Assembly: GCA_044229975.1 (NCBI GenBank)
Contig: JBGARZ010000005.1
Span: forward strand, 352,001 to 416,000
Origin: Polyangiales bacterium
GTDB taxonomy: Bacteria; Myxococcota_A; Polyangia; Polyangiales; Ga0077539
Direction of reading: 5' to 3'
DNA: 64,000 nucleotides
Positions 39,689-49,818 of this stretch are shown here, piece by piece. A model generated the notes under the pieces. The model was not told the DNA's origin. It saw only the letters and a list, made by a program, of their open reading frames with translations, and did not search any database. Position numbers and translations under genes: made by a program. Every line of letters starts with the position of its first letter. Positions within the stretch are counted from its first letter, which is position 1.

Positions 39689-40323
39689 TTCGCGTGGTGC
39701 TCGCGGACGACCACGCCATCGTGCTCGGCGGGCTGCAACGCCTGCTCGCGGAGACCGGCGACATCGAGGTGGTCGGCACCGCCGCGGATGGCCGTCAGGC
39801 GCTCAAGCTATGCCTCGGGGCGGGCCTCGCGTGGGACCTGCTCGTGCTCGACCTCTCGCTGCCGCGCGTCGGCGGTCAGGAGGTGCTGCGACGCGTGCGC
39901 GAGGCGCTGCCCGAGGCCCGCGTGGTGGTGCTCTCCATGTACCCCGAAGACCAGTACGCCCAGCAGCTCAGGCGCGACGGAGCCGCCGCGTACGTGTCCA
40001 AGTCCTCGCCGCCAGAGACCCTCGTCGACGCCATCCGCGCCGTGATGGCGCACGGGAGTTGGTCGCACCGCGAGACGCCGAAGGCGGGCGACGAGAGCGC
40101 CAGGGCGCCCGCCGAGGCGCTGCCCCACCGCTCGCTGTCTTCGCGCGAGCTCCAGGTCTTCAACCTGCTCTTCGAGGGGCAGACCGTCACGGACATCGCC
40201 GCGCAGCTCGACCTGCACGCGAGCACTGTCAGCAATCACCTCCGCTCCATCAAGACCAAGCTCAACGTCAACACCGTCGCGGAGATCGTCCGCTACGCGC
40301 ACCGCGTCGGCCTCATCGACTGA
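39685..40323 (+). CDS. NarL/LuxR family response regulator
   Basis: ADDH, LDLSLP, SMY; HTH LSSRELQV...STVSNH; ATGA overlap with the kinase. Confidence 0.95.
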   Translation: MIRVVLADDHAIVLGGLQRLLAETGDIEVVGTAADGRQALKLCLGAGLAWDLLVLDLSLPRVGGQEVLRRVREALPEARVVVLSMYPEDQYAQQLRRDGAAAYVSKSSPPETLVDAIRAVMAHGSWSHRETPKAGDESARAPAEALPHRSLSSRELQVFNLLFEGQTVTDIAAQLDLHASTVSNHLRSIKTKLNVNTVAEIVRYAHRVGLID

Positions 40324-40441
40324 GCGGAGCCCAACATTTGTTTGGGTCCCAGACGCTGGATTCTCCGCAGTCACAAAGGTAGTTGCACGGTGTCGGGTGC
40401 CCTGTCGCGCGTCGCGGCAGAGGGCTCCGGGGAGCACGCGC

Positions 40442-40954
40442 ATGCAGCACCTCCGCCTCGCATTGTTCTTGTCGGTGACCGCCCTCAGCGGCTCGGCTCG
40501 CGCGCTGCCCGAGACCGGCGCCGCGATGCCCAGCTTCGCCGTCGACGCCATCGACGGATCACGGCACACGCAGGCCGACCTCCGCGGTCACTGGAGCGTC
40601 GCGCTCGTGATGACCGACAAGGACGTGAAGGACGACCTCGCCGCGTGGTGGGGCCGCCTCGAAGGAGCCCTGCCAGGGCGCGCGCACCTCTACACCTTCG
40701 CGGCGCTGAGCATCTTCCCGCTCGTCCCGACGGCGCTGCTCATCGACCAGGCCCGCGGGTCGACGCCGCGCCCGCTGTGGTCGTCGGTGTGGTTCTCCCG
40801 CGACGGCAGCTTCGCGCGCTCGCTCGGCCTGCCCGAAGAAGAGACCCCCTGGGTGGTGGTGATCCACCCCGATGGCCACGTGGCGTTCACGCTGCACGAG
40901 CGCGTCTCCGCGCAGGGCCTGTCGCGCGTCCTCGCGGCGCTGCCGCCTCCGTAG
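40442..40954 (+). CDS. Secreted thioredoxin-like-fold protein without CxxC
   Basis: Signal peptide; G..MPSF...IDG...DLRG; PWVVVIHPDGHV. Confidence 0.65.
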   Translation: MQHLRLALFLSVTALSGSARALPETGAAMPSFAVDAIDGSRHTQADLRGHWSVALVMTDKDVKDDLAAWWGRLEGALPGRAHLYTFAALSIFPLVPTALLIDQARGSTPRPLWSSVWFSRDGSFARSLGLPEEETPWVVVIHPDGHVAFTLHERVSAQGLSRVLAALPPP

Positions 40955-41011
40955 GCGCGCCCGTCGACTCCGGAAGCCTTCCGCACAACCCCTGAAGGGA
41001 CACACCCCCCG

Positions 41012-42814
41012 ATGTCGCCTCTGCACGTCGCCGCTGCGGCCGTGTTGGCCGTGTTGCTCTACCTCGTCCTGCGCCCGTCCGGGTCCGGGAAGACCCGTCG
41101 CGTCCGCGCGCGTCCGAGGCGCCTCCCGTGGGTGCACTCCACCATCCGCGTGACCCGCGACGCGTGGCACAACTGGAGCGGCGAGCTGCACTGCAAGCCC
41201 GCCCGACTCTACTGCGACGACTCCGGTGGCCCGTGGCGCTCGCCGCGCACCCTCGAAGACCTCCAGGCCATCGTGCGCGACGCGCGGGCGGTGGGGGCGC
41301 CCATCCGGATGTTCGGCTCGTCGCACTCCTGGGCGCGGCTCGCCCCCTGCCCCGACGGCTTCATGGTCGACAACCGGATGATCGGCGCCGAGGGCGACTA
41401 CTTCCGCACCACCATCGAGCCCGACGCGGACGGAACCGGCGCGCGCGCCACCGCCCCACCGGGAATGCTCTCGCAGGAGTTCGAGAAGTGGCTCTGGGAC
41501 ATGGGCTACACCCTGCCCGCCAGCGCCTTCGAGGACTGCTTCACCCTCGGCGGCATGGCGGCGACCGCCACCCACGGCTCGGGCATCGACGTCGCCACCG
41601 TCTCCGACCACATCGTCGGCATGACCTTCGTCGACGGCCTCGGCGAGGTGCGCCGCTGGACCCGCGAGACCGCCACCGCCGACGAGCTCGCGGCCATCCA
41701 GTGCGGCCTCGGCTGCCTCGGGCTCATCTACGACATCACCTTCGCGGTCGAGGCCCGGACGGAGGTCGTCCACACCGCTCGTACGGTCCCGTACGACTCG
41801 CTCTTCGCCGACACCGACGAGGCCCGCGCCGCGCTGCGCGAGCTGCACGAGACCCACGACGGCATCGAGTTCTTCTGGTGGCCCTTCCGCTTCAGCGGGC
41901 TGCCGCTCGTGTCGCGCCCCGAGATCAACCCCGACGTGTGGATTCTCGCGATGCAGCGCACGCGCACCACCGAGGTGCCGCTACGCAGCGCGTGGCGAAG
42001 CTTCGTCCACCTGCAGATCCTCGACGTCGCGGCGATGGTGAGCTGCGGTCTGATGATGACGGCGCTGCGGCCGTTTCCCAAGGCAGCCTTCGTGCTGCCG
42101 TGGGTGACCTGCTTCACCAACCTCTGGGTCAACGCCCGCTCGGGCCAGTGGCGCATGCCCTACTACGAGGGCCAGCACTTCGTGAACGCCACCGGGGTGG
42201 AGTTCGTCCGCGCCATCGCCGCGGAGTGGAGCGTGCCCTTCGAGCGCCGCGCCGACCCCAACGCGCACGACGGCTACGAGCGCGTGCGGCAGTCCTTCGC
42301 GGCCCTCCACAACCTCTGCGTCGACCAGTTCAACACGCACCCCCTCACGGACCCGAAGGCCTCGCCGGTGATCCTCTCGGTCGAGATGCGAACCATCGCG
42401 GCGAGCTCCGCGCTGATGAGCCCCGGCTACCAGCCCGAGGGCCGCCGCCGCGCCGTGCACTACGCCGCGCCGGAGATCGTCACCGTCGCGGGACATCCCG
42501 CGTGGGACGGCTTCGTCCGCCGCGCCAACCTCGCGCTGACCGCGCAGCCGTCGGTGTTCGGCCGCGAGGTGCGCTGCCACATCGCCAAGCCCTTCCACAG
42601 CCTTCCGCACCCCGACTTCCCCGACGGCAACATGGCCGACTACTGCCGCGCGCAGTACGTCGCCGCGGGCACCTGGGAGCGCTTCCAGGCGGTGCGCCGC
42701 GCGGTCGACCCGGACGGGGTCTTCCTCAACGACTACCTGCGCGGATGGTTCAACGACCAGACCCCAGCCGCGGAGCTGCCCGAGGAGGAGCAAGCCCTCG
42801 ACCGCGTCGCGTAG
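41012..42814 (+). CDS. FAD-linked oxidase (ALO/gulonolactone-oxidase-like, VAO family)
   Basis: N-terminal TM; NWSG, GSSHSW, TLGG..ATATHG, GLGCLG, DPDGVFLN. Confidence 0.85.
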   Translation: MSPLHVAAAAVLAVLLYLVLRPSGSGKTRRVRARPRRLPWVHSTIRVTRDAWHNWSGELHCKPARLYCDDSGGPWRSPRTLEDLQAIVRDARAVGAPIRMFGSSHSWARLAPCPDGFMVDNRMIGAEGDYFRTTIEPDADGTGARATAPPGMLSQEFEKWLWDMGYTLPASAFEDCFTLGGMAATATHGSGIDVATVSDHIVGMTFVDGLGEVRRWTRETATADELAAIQCGLGCLGLIYDITFAVEARTEVVHTARTVPYDSLFADTDEARAALRELHETHDGIEFFWWPFRFSGLPLVSRPEINPDVWILAMQRTRTTEVPLRSAWRSFVHLQILDVAAMVSCGLMMTALRPFPKAAFVLPWVTCFTNLWVNARSGQWRMPYYEGQHFVNATGVEFVRAIAAEWSVPFERRADPNAHDGYERVRQSFAALHNLCVDQFNTHPLTDPKASPVILSVEMRTIAASSALMSPGYQPEGRRRAVHYAAPEIVTVAGHPAWDGFVRRANLALTAQPSVFGREVRCHIAKPFHSLPHPDFPDGNMADYCRAQYVAAGTWERFQAVRRAVDPDGVFLNDYLRGWFNDQTPAAELPEEEQALDRVA

Positions 42815-42846
42815 CCCCGCAGACAACCACAGGAACCATACGCCCC

Positions 42847-43914
42847 ATGAAACTCCCGCTCTTCCAACCGCGCACCAACACGCTCAACCACTTCGCGTCG
42901 CCGCCCGACGAGGGCCCCCGCATCGCGCTACCGTACCCGAGCGGTTGGTTTGGCCTCGCCTTCTCGGACGAGGTCGCGCCCGGCGAGCTGAAGCGCGCGC
43001 AGCTCGCGGGTCGCGAGGTCGTGGTGTTTCGCACGGAGTACGGTCGGGCGGCGGTCTTCGAGGCGCACTGCCCGCACCTCGGCGCGCACTTCGGTCACGG
43101 GGGTTGCGTCGAGGGGGAGACCCTGCGCTGCCCGATGCACGACTTCCGCTTCGACGTGGAGGGCCGGTGCGTCGCGGTCGGCGTCGGGCACTCGCACCTC
43201 CCGTCCGCGCGGGCGGGCGCGCTGCACGTTCGCGAGAACTGCGGGGTGATCCTCGCGTGGCACCACCCGGACGGCGCCGAGCCGGACTGGGAGCCTCCGC
43301 CGCTGGTCGAGGCATCGCTGGCCGACGGCCCGTCGCAGCGCCGGCACACCGTCATCCGCTCGCACGTGCAGGAGCTCGGCGAGAACCTCTTCGACGTCAG
43401 CCACCTCGGCGCCGTCCACGGCTACGAGCAGCCCGAGATGGACGCCCGCCCGACCACCGACGGGACGGCCATCCACGGCAGCGCGCGCCTCACCGCCGCG
43501 ACGAAGCTCGGGCCGTTCACGCAGCGCGTGCGGGTCGACCTGAAGACGCAGCTCCACGGCCTCGGCATCGCCCTCTTCGACTCCTCGTCCGAGCCCGGCG
43601 GGCTCTCGTTTCGCGGCGCCTTCACGTGGAACCCCATCGGCCCCGATCAGGTCGACTTCCGCATCAGCGTCTGGATCAGGAAGGTCGACGCCGGCCTCGC
43701 GACGATGCCCCTCTTCCGTCGCCTCCCGCCGCATACCCAGAGCGAGCTCATGGGGCGCATGCTCCTCCCCACGATCATGCGCGACATCCGCCAGGACCAG
43801 GTCGTGCTGGAGCGCAAGCGCCACCTCACGCACCCCGGCTACTCCGACGGCGACGTTCCGATCGCGGTGTACCGTCGCTGGACGAAGCAGTTCTATCCAG
43901 GCCCTCAGACCTGA
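42847..43914 (+). CDS. Rieske oxygenase (cholesterol 7-desaturase/KshA-like)
   Basis: YPSGWF, CPHLG...CPMH Rieske ligands, ENLFDVSHLGAVH mononuclear Fe site, RRWTKQFY. Confidence 0.88.
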   Translation: MKLPLFQPRTNTLNHFASPPDEGPRIALPYPSGWFGLAFSDEVAPGELKRAQLAGREVVVFRTEYGRAAVFEAHCPHLGAHFGHGGCVEGETLRCPMHDFRFDVEGRCVAVGVGHSHLPSARAGALHVRENCGVILAWHHPDGAEPDWEPPPLVEASLADGPSQRRHTVIRSHVQELGENLFDVSHLGAVHGYEQPEMDARPTTDGTAIHGSARLTAATKLGPFTQRVRVDLKTQLHGLGIALFDSSSEPGGLSFRGAFTWNPIGPDQVDFRISVWIRKVDAGLATMPLFRRLPPHTQSELMGRMLLPTIMRDIRQDQVVLERKRHLTHPGYSDGDVPIAVYRRWTKQFYPGPQT

Positions 43915-45155
43915 GCGGCGCGCACGACTTCGGCGATGCGATCGCCGACCTCCCAGCCCCAGCGCCCGAGGCTCACCCCGCCCAGCGGCGTCACGTCGAA
44001 GCCCGGGAAGAACATCGTCGGCCGCACCCGCGAGCGACACCGCCCGTCGGTGATCGGCCAGTGCGCGCAGCCGTGCGCCGGGCCCGTGAGGTCGGCGTCC
44101 GCGAGGAGGCGTTCGAGCCCCGGCTCGTAGCCCGTCGCGAGGATGACGTCGTCGAAGCGCTCCTCCCCGTCGCTGAAGCGCACGCCGCCCGCGGTGAGCG
44201 CCTCGATCGCGCGCACGTTGCCGTCGATCACGCGGATGCTCCCGTCGCGGATGGCCTTCACGGCGCCGACGTCCATCACCGGGATGCGGTGCTCGTACAT
44301 CATCCCGTGCACGGGCGGCGTCGTGGGCTTGCGGATGCCGTAGCGGGAGAGATCAACCGAGAGCGCCCTCATCACGACGTCGCGCGTCCGCACCTCGCGG
44401 TCGAACGCGGGCGTCCCGCGGGTGAGCGCGTGCGACGCGGCCTGCTTCGCCTCGGACATCTGCCCAAACGCGCGGGCCACCTTGTAGAGCGTCAACGTCG
44501 GCGACAGCGGGATGAAGTGCCGCGGCGCCCGCACCCACATGGACACGGCGCGCGCTCCGCCTTGCGCGAGGTCGAGGGCGATCTCGGCGCCGGAGTTTCC
44601 GCTGCCGACCACCAGCACCGAACGCCCGGCGAAGTCGGTCGGGTTGCGGTACTCGCCGCTGTGCAGCACGCGCCCGCCGAAGCGCTCCTCGCCGCCGAGC
44701 GTGACCCGCTTCGGGAGGCGGTTGACGGAGGTGGCGACGGCCACGCAGCGCGCGCGGAGCACGCCCTTCGAGGTCTCCAGGCGCCACGGAAACGCCCCCG
44801 TCGTGTGCTCGATGCGCGTCGCCTCGGTGCCGAGGCGGAGGTGCTCGTCGAGCTGGTGGTGCTGCGCGTAGCCGCGGAAGTAGCCGAGGAGTTCTTCCCG
44901 CTTGAGCAGCAGGGGGAGGGTCTTGCGGAGACCGCCGTCGTGCGGGAGGTCGTGGTCGGGCGAGTGGAGATGGATGCGGTCGTACGTGCGGCTCCAGAAG
45001 TGCCCGACGCCATCGCCCCGCTCCAGCACGGCGAAGCGCAGCCCGTCCTCGCGTCGCAGGCGCGCACCCGTGGCGAGGCCCGCGAAGCCTGCGCCCACCA
45101 CCACGGCATCGAGGGTCTCTTCCGGGGTCTCGCTCGTCGTCACGCGGCGACCCAT
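43905..45155 (-). CDS. Flavin-containing monooxygenase (YUCCA/FMO-like)
   Basis: GAGFAG, FGGRVLHSGEY, GSGNSG, ATGY. Start could be GTG 45143. Confidence 0.9.
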   Translation of the reverse strand: MGRRVTTSETPEETLDAVVVGAGFAGLATGARLRREDGLRFAVLERGDGVGHFWSRTYDRIHLHSPDHDLPHDGGLRKTLPLLLKREELLGYFRGYAQHHQLDEHLRLGTEATRIEHTTGAFPWRLETSKGVLRARCVAVATSVNRLPKRVTLGGEERFGGRVLHSGEYRNPTDFAGRSVLVVGSGNSGAEIALDLAQGGARAVSMWVRAPRHFIPLSPTLTLYKVARAFGQMSEAKQAASHALTRGTPAFDREVRTRDVVMRALSVDLSRYGIRKPTTPPVHGMMYEHRIPVMDVGAVKAIRDGSIRVIDGNVRAIEALTAGGVRFSDGEERFDDVILATGYEPGLERLLADADLTGPAHGCAHWPITDGRCRSRVRPTMFFPGFDVTPLGGVSLGRWGWEVGDRIAEVVRAAQV

Positions 45156-45282
45156 AGCGTTCGGGCGGGGGAGCTGTCTGCCAAACAATGGTTTGTGCGA
45201 CCTTGCGGTCGCGGACCATCGGAGGTGATGGGAGTCGTGCTCGCGAACCTGCTCGGGCTCACGAAGCGCGGAGGGGACGCGA

Positions 45283-45789
45283 TCAGGCGTCGCGCAGGTC
45301 GAGCGGGCCGAGGAAGTCGCGCTTGCCGAGGTTGACGCCGTTGTGGCGCAGCAGCGCGTACGTGTGCGAGGCGTGGAAGAAGAAGTTGGGCAGCGCGTGC
45401 TGCTGGAAGTAGGCCGCGCCGGTCATGACCTTGCCCTCCCAGCGGGGCTGCGTGATGACGCGCGTCGCGGCGCCCTCGAAGTCCTGCGCGGTGAGCGTGT
45501 CGAGGAACGCGATGGTGGAGCGCACGCGGGCGCTGAGCTCGCCGAGGGTCTTCTCGGTGTCGGCGTTGGACGGCGCGGGCTTGCCCGTCAGGCGCGAGGC
45601 CGCGAGCTTGGCGGTGTCGCACGCGATCTGCACCTGCCGCGCGAACCCGAGCTGGTCGGGCGCGAGTCGAAACCCGAGGTAGAGGTCGGGGTCGAAGGAC
45701 TTCTCCTTCGCGTGAGCCGCCGCCGTCTCCAACCAGGTGTCGAGCTGACCGAGGGTCTTCTTGAACTGCTGAAACGTCTCGAAGTACAT
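45283..45789 (-). CDS. DUF1993 (DinB-like) protein
   Basis: RLAPD...QVQIACD, LPNFFFH...Y..LRHNGV.LGKRDF. Confidence 0.92.
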   Translation of the reverse strand: MYFETFQQFKKTLGQLDTWLETAAAHAKEKSFDPDLYLGFRLAPDQLGFARQVQIACDTAKLAASRLTGKPAPSNADTEKTLGELSARVRSTIAFLDTLTAQDFEGAATRVITQPRWEGKVMTGAAYFQQHALPNFFFHASHTYALLRHNGVNLGKRDFLGPLDLRDA

Positions 45790-45822
45790 GGCGCGCACGC
45801 TACGCCAGACCGGGCCTGCCCG

Positions 45823-47502
45823 TCACGGACCCGGAGGCAGGACGCCGATCGCGAGTTGATAGCTCCGTGCGTCCGCGCCGCGCGCCACGATGCACGCGGC
45901 GTAGGTCCCGGCAGCGAGCTCACGGAGCGCACCCACCCTCTCGGGTCGGAGTCGCGCGCTGCCCCGAAGCGGACCACCCGAGCCGTCGTCGGAGGTGATC
46001 CAGCGCCCGAGCTCCACCCCCGACGGCGCATGGAAGCTCAATCGCAGACCGCTCGGAACGGTCTCCAGGTAGAGCGACTCGCCCGCGCGCACAGTGACGG
46101 CGTAGCAGTCCTGCGGGTCGGTCGTGGACACCGCGCCGGCGTAGAGCGTCGATCGCGCGACCGCGGCCATCGGCGCGGCGGGAGCATTGTTGGGCTCCAC
46201 TTCGTCGACCGCGGCCATGCACGTCGGCGTGCTCGATCCCGTCGTCGGGACGCAGCGGGTCGCGTCGGGGCAGAGCGTGCGGATGCCGCCGAGGTCACAC
46301 GCGCTGCCCACACTCGCGACGACCCGACACGTGGAGCGGTAGCGCGAGAAGTTGGAGCACTCCAGCGTGCCGTCGCAGCGCGGCTCGGCCCCTCGGCAGT
46401 CGGCCCCGGCGACGGTGCCGGGCGCGGCGCACTGACCGGGCTCGGTGAAGTCGGCCGAGGTGCAGCCGTCCCCCTCCTCCGCGCAGGCTGTCGTGCGGAG
46501 CGTGGCATCGCAGGCCCCACCGCGCGCGACGCGTCGTCGGCAGATGCCTGATCCACTGGGGAAGTTGCACTCCAGCCCGTCGTCGCACGCGGGAGACGTG
46601 TCGCGGCACCGCGCTCCGATGGACCCGGTCGCAACACAGCGAGAGGACCCGACGCCCTCAGCGCACTCAGCGCCCGCGGGGCAGCCGACGCCCGGGACGC
46701 CGCACTCCGCTCCGAGGGCGACCGTGCGCACACAGAACGCACTCTCCGGCGCGGTGAAGAAGGTGCTGGTGCAGGTGAGGCCGATGGGGCAGGTGGTGAC
46801 TCCCCCGTCGGGCGTGGGCGGAGCGACGAGGCAGGTGCCGCCCGCGGTACCGGCGGCGGGGGTGACGACGCAGCGGAGGGTTCCGTCGACGGACTGGCAC
46901 GATGAGCCGCGGCCGCAGCAGTTGCCCTGCACCGGGCAGCGCTCGTACGAGTCGCCGCAGAAGTCATCGGGTCGCAGCCCGGGACGGCACCGGTAGTACC
47001 CGCTGACCCCCGACACTTCGAGGTGGCAGGCGAGGCCGTAGTCGCACTCGTTGTGGACGGGCGCGACGGTCGAACGGTTGCAATAGCTGCCCTCCGATCC
47101 GCTGCGAACGCAGGAGTAGAGGCCGGCCGCGTCGGGCGCGCAGTCGGCACCGAAGACGCAAGGGCGATTGATGTCGCGCGGCTCGCAGCGCCCGCCGAGA
47201 GGCGTCGCCGGAAGGCAGCCCGTCGAGTAGCACTGGGTGCCCACGGGACACGGATTGTCGGGGCCGCAGCGGCCCGCATCGACGGACGCCTCGGCGACGG
47301 CGTCAGCCAATGGAGATGGCGCGCGATCGACGGCGGTGACGGCATCGACGGTGGCGGCATCGACGGTGGCGGTGTCGGTGACAGCGATGGCGGCGTCGAC
47401 GGTGGCGACGACCGAAGGGGGCTCGGCACAACCGACGAGCAGGGCGACGGACGCGGGATACAGGACGCGTCCGACGACGCTCGACGACAGAGGGATGCTC
47501 AT
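45823..47502 (-). CDS. Cys-rich repeat lipoprotein with C-terminal PPC-like domain
   Basis: Lipobox LVGC; repeated G..C....C..GL.C units; EVEPNN...D.Y.V motif. Confidence 0.75.
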   Translation of the reverse strand: MSIPLSSSVVGRVLYPASVALLVGCAEPPSVVATVDAAIAVTDTATVDAATVDAVTAVDRAPSPLADAVAEASVDAGRCGPDNPCPVGTQCYSTGCLPATPLGGRCEPRDINRPCVFGADCAPDAAGLYSCVRSGSEGSYCNRSTVAPVHNECDYGLACHLEVSGVSGYYRCRPGLRPDDFCGDSYERCPVQGNCCGRGSSCQSVDGTLRCVVTPAAGTAGGTCLVAPPTPDGGVTTCPIGLTCTSTFFTAPESAFCVRTVALGAECGVPGVGCPAGAECAEGVGSSRCVATGSIGARCRDTSPACDDGLECNFPSGSGICRRRVARGGACDATLRTTACAEEGDGCTSADFTEPGQCAAPGTVAGADCRGAEPRCDGTLECSNFSRYRSTCRVVASVGSACDLGGIRTLCPDATRCVPTTGSSTPTCMAAVDEVEPNNAPAAPMAAVARSTLYAGAVSTTDPQDCYAVTVRAGESLYLETVPSGLRLSFHAPSGVELGRWITSDDGSGGPLRGSARLRPERVGALRELAAGTYAACIVARGADARSYQLAIGVLPPGP

Positions 47503-47893
47503 GGTGTGCGTGCAGCGTGGCCGACGTGTGGGGGATCCGTCGGGCAAACGTCGCGCGAGGTGCCGATCAGGCGGCGAAGGGGGGTCACCGGGGCCCGTCG
47601 GTCGGCGCCCCCTACGCGCTGCACGTCGTCGACCGGGACCCCGAAACCGCGACCCACCCTCCCACGGCGACGGCGCTCGCGACGGGCGCGGCGTCGGCCT
47701 TCGCGCCCTCGGTGGTCGCGCGCGACGGGTCGACCCGGCGCTCGATCGCGCAGATCGTCGACCACGCGATCACCATCTCGACGGCGACCAACGCGCGCGA
47801 ACCTGCGATCGCGTCGAGTGAATACCCAGGTCCCCGCGACCGGGGCGGCGGTGTGGTGCGGGCCTCACCGCTCACGCTGCCGTAGGGCGCTGC

Positions 47894-49693
47894 TCAGCGC
47901 ATCGCGCGCAGGGTCGTCTCGCTCTCGATGCGCGCGGGCGCCGTCATCGCCGCCGCCGTCACCCGCGCCATCGCCGCGGGCGGAACCGGGATCACCAGCT
48001 CCACGTTGCGATCGAGCGCCGTGCCGACGTGCGACGCCTCCCACGCCGAGACGTACTCCGTCATCGCCAGCCGCCGGAACCGTCGCTCCATGCAGTTGGT
48101 CGACGTGAAGTCGATCATCGTCCCGAAGAGCGACAGCGTGCCGTCACCGTTGGCCACGACCTCCATCGCCCGCGCCTGGTTGGGCCAGTCGGCCATCGAT
48201 CCGCTCTGCACCTCCCAGTAGCCGGGGTGTGCCGCGTCGGCCCCGCGCACGGGGCGCACCCGCACGTCGTGCTCGTGGCCCACCAGCCACGCGATGACGT
48301 TGGGGTACGACGCCACGCGCGCCTCGATCTCCGCCGCGGACACCGCATCAGCGATCTCGGCCCCGATCTCGCCCTCGCGCCGGTCGATGGACGTCGTCGG
48401 GTGGTGCGACGCCAGCATCACCAGCACGCCGTCGGTCTGCGCCCGCTCCAGCTCCGTGCGCAGCCACCCGTCGAACACCGCGCGCTTCACCAGACCACTG
48501 GAGCCACCCGTGAAGTCGCTCGTGTCCAGCGCGAGGATGCGCAGCACCCCCGGCACCACGTCCTGCGCCCAGTGCGCGCCCTGCGACACGTCCGTCGTCG
48601 CGGGGTAGCCGTGCCCTGCCGGACCTGGCATCGCGGGTCCTCCCCGCAGCGTGCTGACGATCTCGGCGCGCTCCAGCAGACGTCGCGATGGGTCGGCCTC
48701 GAACTGCCCACGACGGGGCGGCGCATACCACTGGGTGTAATCGCGCGTGCCGAAGGCGGACGTCGTCCCGATGGCGGCGGCGCGGAGCTGGTCGGTCGGC
48801 GCCGTGGTGCCCACCACCATCACGTCGTGGTTGCCAGGCACATAGAACCAGGGCGCCGGGAAGGCCACGGCGTCGAAGGGGTCCTTCGGGTCGTTGCCCG
48901 CGCCCGGGATGGGGTCGTCGTCGCGCCCCGAGTCGGTGTGCACCCCCGTCGCCCCGTCCATCACCTGCATGAACCACTGCAGCTCGTTGAGCTGCCCGCT
49001 GTCCGCACAGTCGCCCGCGATGACCCCGAACTGAAACGCCCGCCCCCCGGCGGTGAGATCGCGCAGCGTGCGGTTCATCGCCGACATGGCGCGCGGCAGG
49101 TACGCCTCCTGCGCACGGATGGCCCCCGAGAGCGCCGGGCTGTCGAGCGCGCCGTACCGCGTCGGCGACTCGTCATCCACGAGCTGTGTGTCCGAGAAGG
49201 CCACGAACCACGCGAGCGACCGCCGCCCCGCCGCGGGGGCCGTGCTGTTGGCGCCGAGGTCCATGCGCCGCTCGCGCGTCACCGCCGGGCCGCGCACGTA
49301 CTGGTCGTACCCGAGCGTGTGGTAGGCGCGCTCCCCGGCCTCCTGCATCGGGTTCATCATCGCGCGGCTGTCGGGCATCATCACCCGCATCGCCATCGGC
49401 GCGAACGACCCGAGCAGCGTCGACGCCACGGCCTCGGGCTCCACCGCGCCTGCGGGCTCGGTGTCCTCGCAGCGCGGCAACCGAAGCCCCCCGTGCGGAT
49501 CACCGACGTCCTCGATCGTTCCGAGGTCTTCCAGACCGGCCGCGTCCGAGGTCCCGGCGTCGACGATCACGTCGCTCGTGATGACGCCCTCGGTGAGCCC
49601 CGCGTCACTGCCCGCGTCGGTGTTTGCGGCGTCGTCGCTACAGCCCGCGACCGCCAGCAGCGCCATGAAACAGCCCGGAATGACACCTTTCAT
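47894..49693 (-). CDS. Calcineurin-like metallophosphoesterase lipoprotein (TIGR03767-like)
   Basis: Lipobox VAGC; SDTQLVDDESP, GDCAD, GNHD, SHH, GHEH. Confidence 0.85.
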   Translation of the reverse strand: MKGVIPGCFMALLAVAGCSDDAANTDAGSDAGLTEGVITSDVIVDAGTSDAAGLEDLGTIEDVGDPHGGLRLPRCEDTEPAGAVEPEAVASTLLGSFAPMAMRVMMPDSRAMMNPMQEAGERAYHTLGYDQYVRGPAVTRERRMDLGANSTAPAAGRRSLAWFVAFSDTQLVDDESPTRYGALDSPALSGAIRAQEAYLPRAMSAMNRTLRDLTAGGRAFQFGVIAGDCADSGQLNELQWFMQVMDGATGVHTDSGRDDDPIPGAGNDPKDPFDAVAFPAPWFYVPGNHDVMVVGTTAPTDQLRAAAIGTTSAFGTRDYTQWYAPPRRGQFEADPSRRLLERAEIVSTLRGGPAMPGPAGHGYPATTDVSQGAHWAQDVVPGVLRILALDTSDFTGGSSGLVKRAVFDGWLRTELERAQTDGVLVMLASHHPTTSIDRREGEIGAEIADAVSAAEIEARVASYPNVIAWLVGHEHDVRVRPVRGADAAHPGYWEVQSGSMADWPNQARAMEVVANGDGTLSLFGTMIDFTSTNCMERRFRRLAMTEYVSAWEASHVGTALDRNVELVIPVPPAAMARVTAAAMTAPARIESETTLRAMR

Positions 49694-49818
49694 TCACGGG
49701 ATTGTAACGTGACTCCCCACGCCCTCGCGACCATCCACCAGCCCCGCGGGGCGCGGCCCGCTGCGCGCGACCCGACGTGTCCCTTGCGGCGTTCGGGCGC
49801 TCCTGTTACGCGCTCTCA

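Noticed and set aside
47503..47893. Short ORFs in the 390-bp gap
   Set aside because: No recognisable motif or convincing start; may be a gene remnant but unsupported.
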